From: an uncultured virus (IMG/VR IMGVR_UViG_3300042987_002221) | Taxonomy: Duplodnaviria > Heunggongvirae > Uroviricota > Caudoviricetes | DNA length: 59,204 bases | Reading direction: 5' to 3' (one strand) | Virus record (IMG/VR): IMGVR_UViG_3300042987_002221 | Span: 62,001-121,204 of that record | Shown here: positions 56,291 to 59,204 of the stretch, piece by piece | Position numbering within the stretch: the stretch's first letter is position 1 | Layout: every line of letters begins with the position of its first letter | Notes under the pieces: generated by a model | What the model was told of the DNA's origin: nothing | The model's input: only the letters and a program-made list of their open reading frames with translations | Databases searched by the model: none | Position numbers and translations under genes: made by a program

Positions 56291-59204
56291 ATGGCTAAAC
56301 AAAATATTGATTTTGGTTCATTTCCAAACGACATCAACGCTGATGCTATACGCACAGCTTTCCAAAAAACCCAACAAAATTTTGATGAGTTGTATTTAAG
56401 AGCATCAGGTGCGAGTGGTACAAGTGGTGCATCAGGTACCAGTGGTATTAGTGGTTTTTGCGGTATAAGTGGCTTCAGTGGTACAAGTGGATTAAATGGA
56501 ACCTCAGTAACACTTGCAGGTACAGTACCAGATTACACTTTTTTACCAAATGGTGCTCCGGCAGGAACACTTTATATTGTTATTAATTCAGGTGGCGGAT
56601 ACAATGCAGGTGATGGAGCAGTAAGTAACGGGGACGACACTTGGGGTAATATTGGGCCGATACAAGGTCCATCCGGAGTTAGTGGAGCATCAGGTATAAG
56701 CGGATTTAGTGGTAGAAGTGGATTCAGTGGCAGATCTGGTACCAGTGGTTTTAGTGGTTCAGGTATAAGTGGTTTCAGTGGATTCAGTGGAACAAGTGGA
56801 TTCAGTGGTATAAGTGGATTAAATGGTACTTCTGTTACTCTAGCAGGTTCAGTAGTAGATTACACTTATTTACCAAATGGCACTCCAGCAGGAACTCTTT
56901 ACATTATACTTAATTCAGGTGGCGGATACAATGCAGGTGATGGAGCAGTAAGTAACGGAGACAATACTTGGAGTAATGTTGGACCAATACAAGGACCATC
57001 TGGCGTCAGCGGTACAAGCGGATTTTCGGGTGCATTAGGTATAAGTGGATTCAGTGGCGTAAGTGGTGAAAGTGGCGCAAGTACTAGTGGATTCAGTGGT
57101 CTAAGCGGGTTAAGTGGCTTTTCAGGGATATCTGGTGAAAGTGGATTCAGTGGTGTAAGTGGCTTCAGTGGTAGAAGTGGATTTAGTGGCACAAGTGGCT
57201 TCAGCGGCACAAGTGGATTTAGTGGCACAAGTGGATTTAGTGGCACAAGTGGATTCAGTGGCTTTTCAGGGGCATCTGGTGAAAGTGGTTTTAGTGGTTT
57301 TAGTGGTGTAAGTGGATTCAGCGGAACAAGTGGATTCAGTGGTACCAGTGGTTTTAGTGGTAGAAGTGGATTCAGTGGCACATCTGGATTTAGTGGCACA
57401 TCTGGATTCAGTGGAGTAGGTACAAGTGGATTCAGTGGCGTAAGTGGATTCAGCGGTACAGGTACAAGTGGATTCAGTGGTTTTTCTGGAACATCTGGTG
57501 AAAGTGGATTCAGTGGTGTAAGTGGCTTTAGCGGTGTAAGTGGTTTTAGTGGTAGAAGTGGATTCAGCGGTGTAAGTGGCTTCAGTGGAGTTAGTGGATT
57601 CAGTGGTGTAGGTACAAGTGGATTCAGTGGCGTAAGTGGATTTTCAGGGACATCTGGTGAAAGTGGATTCAGTGGAAGAAGTGGATTCAGTGGTTTAGGT
57701 GGATCTAGCGGTTTTTCTGGAATAAGTGGCTTTTCGGGGACAGCTGGTGAAAGTGGATTTAGCGGTGTAAGTGGATTCAGTGGCAGAAGTGGATTCAGTG
57801 GGGTATCTGGAACAAGTGGATTCAGTGGTATAAGTGGATTCAGTGGCAGAAGTGGATTCAGTGGGACTTCAGTTACAATAGCTGGATCAGTAATAGATTA
57901 TACTTATTTACCAAACGGTACCCCGGCAGGAACACTTTACATTATACTTAATTCAGGTGGCGGATACAATGCAGGTGATGGAGCAGTAAGTAACGGAGAC
58001 AATACTTGGAGTAATATAGGACAATTACAAGGTCCATCCGGCTTTAGTGGTTTTAGCGGTAGATCTGGTTTTAGCGGTACATCTGGCTTCAGTGGATCGA
58101 TTGGTGTAAGTGGATTCAGTGGTGTAAGTGGATTCAGTGGTGTAAGTGGATTTAGTGGTGTAAGTGGATCAACTGGATCAGGTATAAGTGGTTTTAGTGG
58201 CGTAAGTGGATTCAGTGGTGTAAGTGGATTCAGTGGCTTCAGCGGCTTCAGCGGCTCAGGGGTAAGTGGATTCAGTGGTGTTAGTGGTTTTAGTGGTAGA
58301 AGCGGTTTTAGTGGTGTAAGTGGATTCAGTGGTGTAAGTGGATTCAGTGGTGTAAGTGGATTTAGTGGTAATTCTGTTACTCTTGCTGGATCAGTAATAG
58401 ATTATACTTATTTACCAAATGGTACTCCGATAGGAACTCTTTATGTCATTCTTAATTCAGGTGGCGGATACAATGCAGGTGATGGAGCAGTAAGTAACGG
58501 AGACAATACTTGGAGTAATGTTGGACCAATACAAGGTCCATCTGGCTTTAGTGGTTTCAGCGGTACATCTGGTTTCAGCGGTACATCTGGTTTCAGTGGT
58601 ACAAGTGGATTCAGTGGAACAAGTGGATTCAGTGGAACAAGTGGATTCAGTGGAACAAGTGGATTCAGCGGTATATCTGGCTTCAGCGGTAGAAGTGGTT
58701 TCAGTGGCGTAAGTGGTTTCAGCGGTGTTAGTGGATTCAGTGGTTTCAGTGGATCAGGTGTAAGTGGCTTCAGTGGTTTCAGTGGATCAGGTGTAAGTGG
58801 CTTCAGCGGCACAAGTGGCTTCAGCGGTATATCTGGCTTCAGCGGTGTAAGTGGATTCAGCGGTGTAAGTGGATTCAGCGGTATATCTGGCTTCAGCGGT
58901 GTAAGTGGCTTCAGTGGTTTCAGTGGATCAGGTGTAAGTGGCTTCAGTGGTTTCAGTGGATCAGGTGTAAGTGGCTTCAGCGGCACAAGTGGCTTCAGCG
59001 GCACAAGTGGATTCAGCGGCACAAGTGGCTTCAGCGGTGTAAGTGGATTCAGCGGTGTAAGTGGATTCAGCGGTATATCTGGCTTCAGCGGTGTAAGTGG
59101 CTTCAGTGGTTTCAGTGGATCAGGTGTAAGTGGCTTCAGCGGCACAAGTGGCTTCAGCGGTACAAGTGGATTCAGTGGTACAAGTGGATTCAGCGGTATA
59201 TCTG
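56291..59204 (+). CDS. Giant (Ser-Gly-X)n collagen-like fibre protein with gp9/gp10-like N-terminal anchor (3' partial, absent from ORF track)
   Basis: GATAAATA at 56278; MAKQNIDFG..PND...D.IR.AF.K...NF.ELY; AGT-GGA-TTC-type triplets in one frame to window end. Confidence 0.85.
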   Translation, partial: MAKQNIDFGSFPNDINADAIRTAFQKTQQNFDELYLRASGASGTSGASGTSGISGFCGISGFSGTSGLNGTSVTLAGTVPDYTFLPNGAPAGTLYIVINSGGGYNAGDGAVSNGDDTWGNIGPIQGPSGVSGASGISGFSGRSGFSGRSGTSGFSGSGISGFSGFSGTSGFSGISGLNGTSVTLAGSVVDYTYLPNGTPAGTLYIILNSGGGYNAGDGAVSNGDNTWSNVGPIQGPSGVSGTSGFSGALGISGFSGVSGESGASTSGFSGLSGLSGFSGISGESGFSGVSGFSGRSGFSGTSGFSGTSGFSGTSGFSGTSGFSGFSGASGESGFSGFSGVSGFSGTSGFSGTSGFSGRSGFSGTSGFSGTSGFSGVGTSGFSGVSGFSGTGTSGFSGFSGTSGESGFSGVSGFSGVSGFSGRSGFSGVSGFSGVSGFSGVGTSGFSGVSGFSGTSGESGFSGRSGFSGLGGSSGFSGISGFSGTAGESGFSGVSGFSGRSGFSGVSGTSGFSGISGFSGRSGFSGTSVTIAGSVIDYTYLPNGTPAGTLYIILNSGGGYNAGDGAVSNGDNTWSNIGQLQGPSGFSGFSGRSGFSGTSGFSGSIGVSGFSGVSGFSGVSGFSGVSGSTGSGISGFSGVSGFSGVSGFSGFSGFSGSGVSGFSGVSGFSGRSGFSGVSGFSGVSGFSGVSGFSGNSVTLAGSVIDYTYLPNGTPIGTLYVILNSGGGYNAGDGAVSNGDNTWSNVGPIQGPSGFSGFSGTSGFSGTSGFSGTSGFSGTSGFSGTSGFSGTSGFSGISGFSGRSGFSGVSGFSGVSGFSGFSGSGVSGFSGFSGSGVSGFSGTSGFSGISGFSGVSGFSGVSGFSGISGFSGVSGFSGFSGSGVSGFSGFSGSGVSGFSGTSGFSGTSGFSGTSGFSGVSGFSGVSGFSGISGFSGVSGFSGFSGSGVSGFSGTSGFSGTSGFSGTSGFSGIS
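56501..58540 (+). repeat. Four copies of a 57-aa globular unit interrupting the SGX repeats
   Basis: Units at 56501, 56828, 57866, 58370: SVT(L/I)AG(T/S)V.DYT.LPNG.P.GTLY...NSGGGYNAGDGAVSNGD.TW.N.G..QGP. Confidence 0.9.

Noticed and set aside
56899..59145. Minus-strand PLKPL/PLNPL ORFs
   Set aside because: Reverse complement of the SGX fibre gene, which has the promoter and recognisable N-terminus
1..59204. Stop-codon reassignment
   Set aside because: Conserved genes are full length in the standard code, and TAA, TGA and TAG all end genes at sensible places

Overview
A 59-kb segment of a large, AT-rich T4-like myophage (jumbo-phage type, standard genetic code). It contains recombination/replication genes (gp32, uvsX, uvsY, uvsW, primase, gp41 helicase, a miniature DnaE-like ORF), a more GC-rich early island (6060-13950) built from repeated sigma70 promoter cassettes, two GIY-YIG homing endonuclease genes, an array of small F-x-L-R-W paralogs, and virion genes (neck gp13/gp14, gp15, sheath, tube, gp4, fibre proteins) behind (G/A)ATAAATA late promoters. 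The strongest novel signal is a DNA-level conserved repeat AGGTGTGGCGGAAG(G), read as G-V-A-E-G, that delimits in-frame protein modules in two distant putative head-internal proteins. This suggests a cassette system for swappable, protease-released capsid cargo. Also notable are a ~380-nt highly structured intergenic RNA, a conserved structured leader shared by both homing endonucleases, a recoded duplicate of the SPFH gene 3' end flanking one endonuclease, and a giant (Ser-Gly-X)n fibre gene missing from the ORF track. All product calls come from motif recognition, not from database searches.
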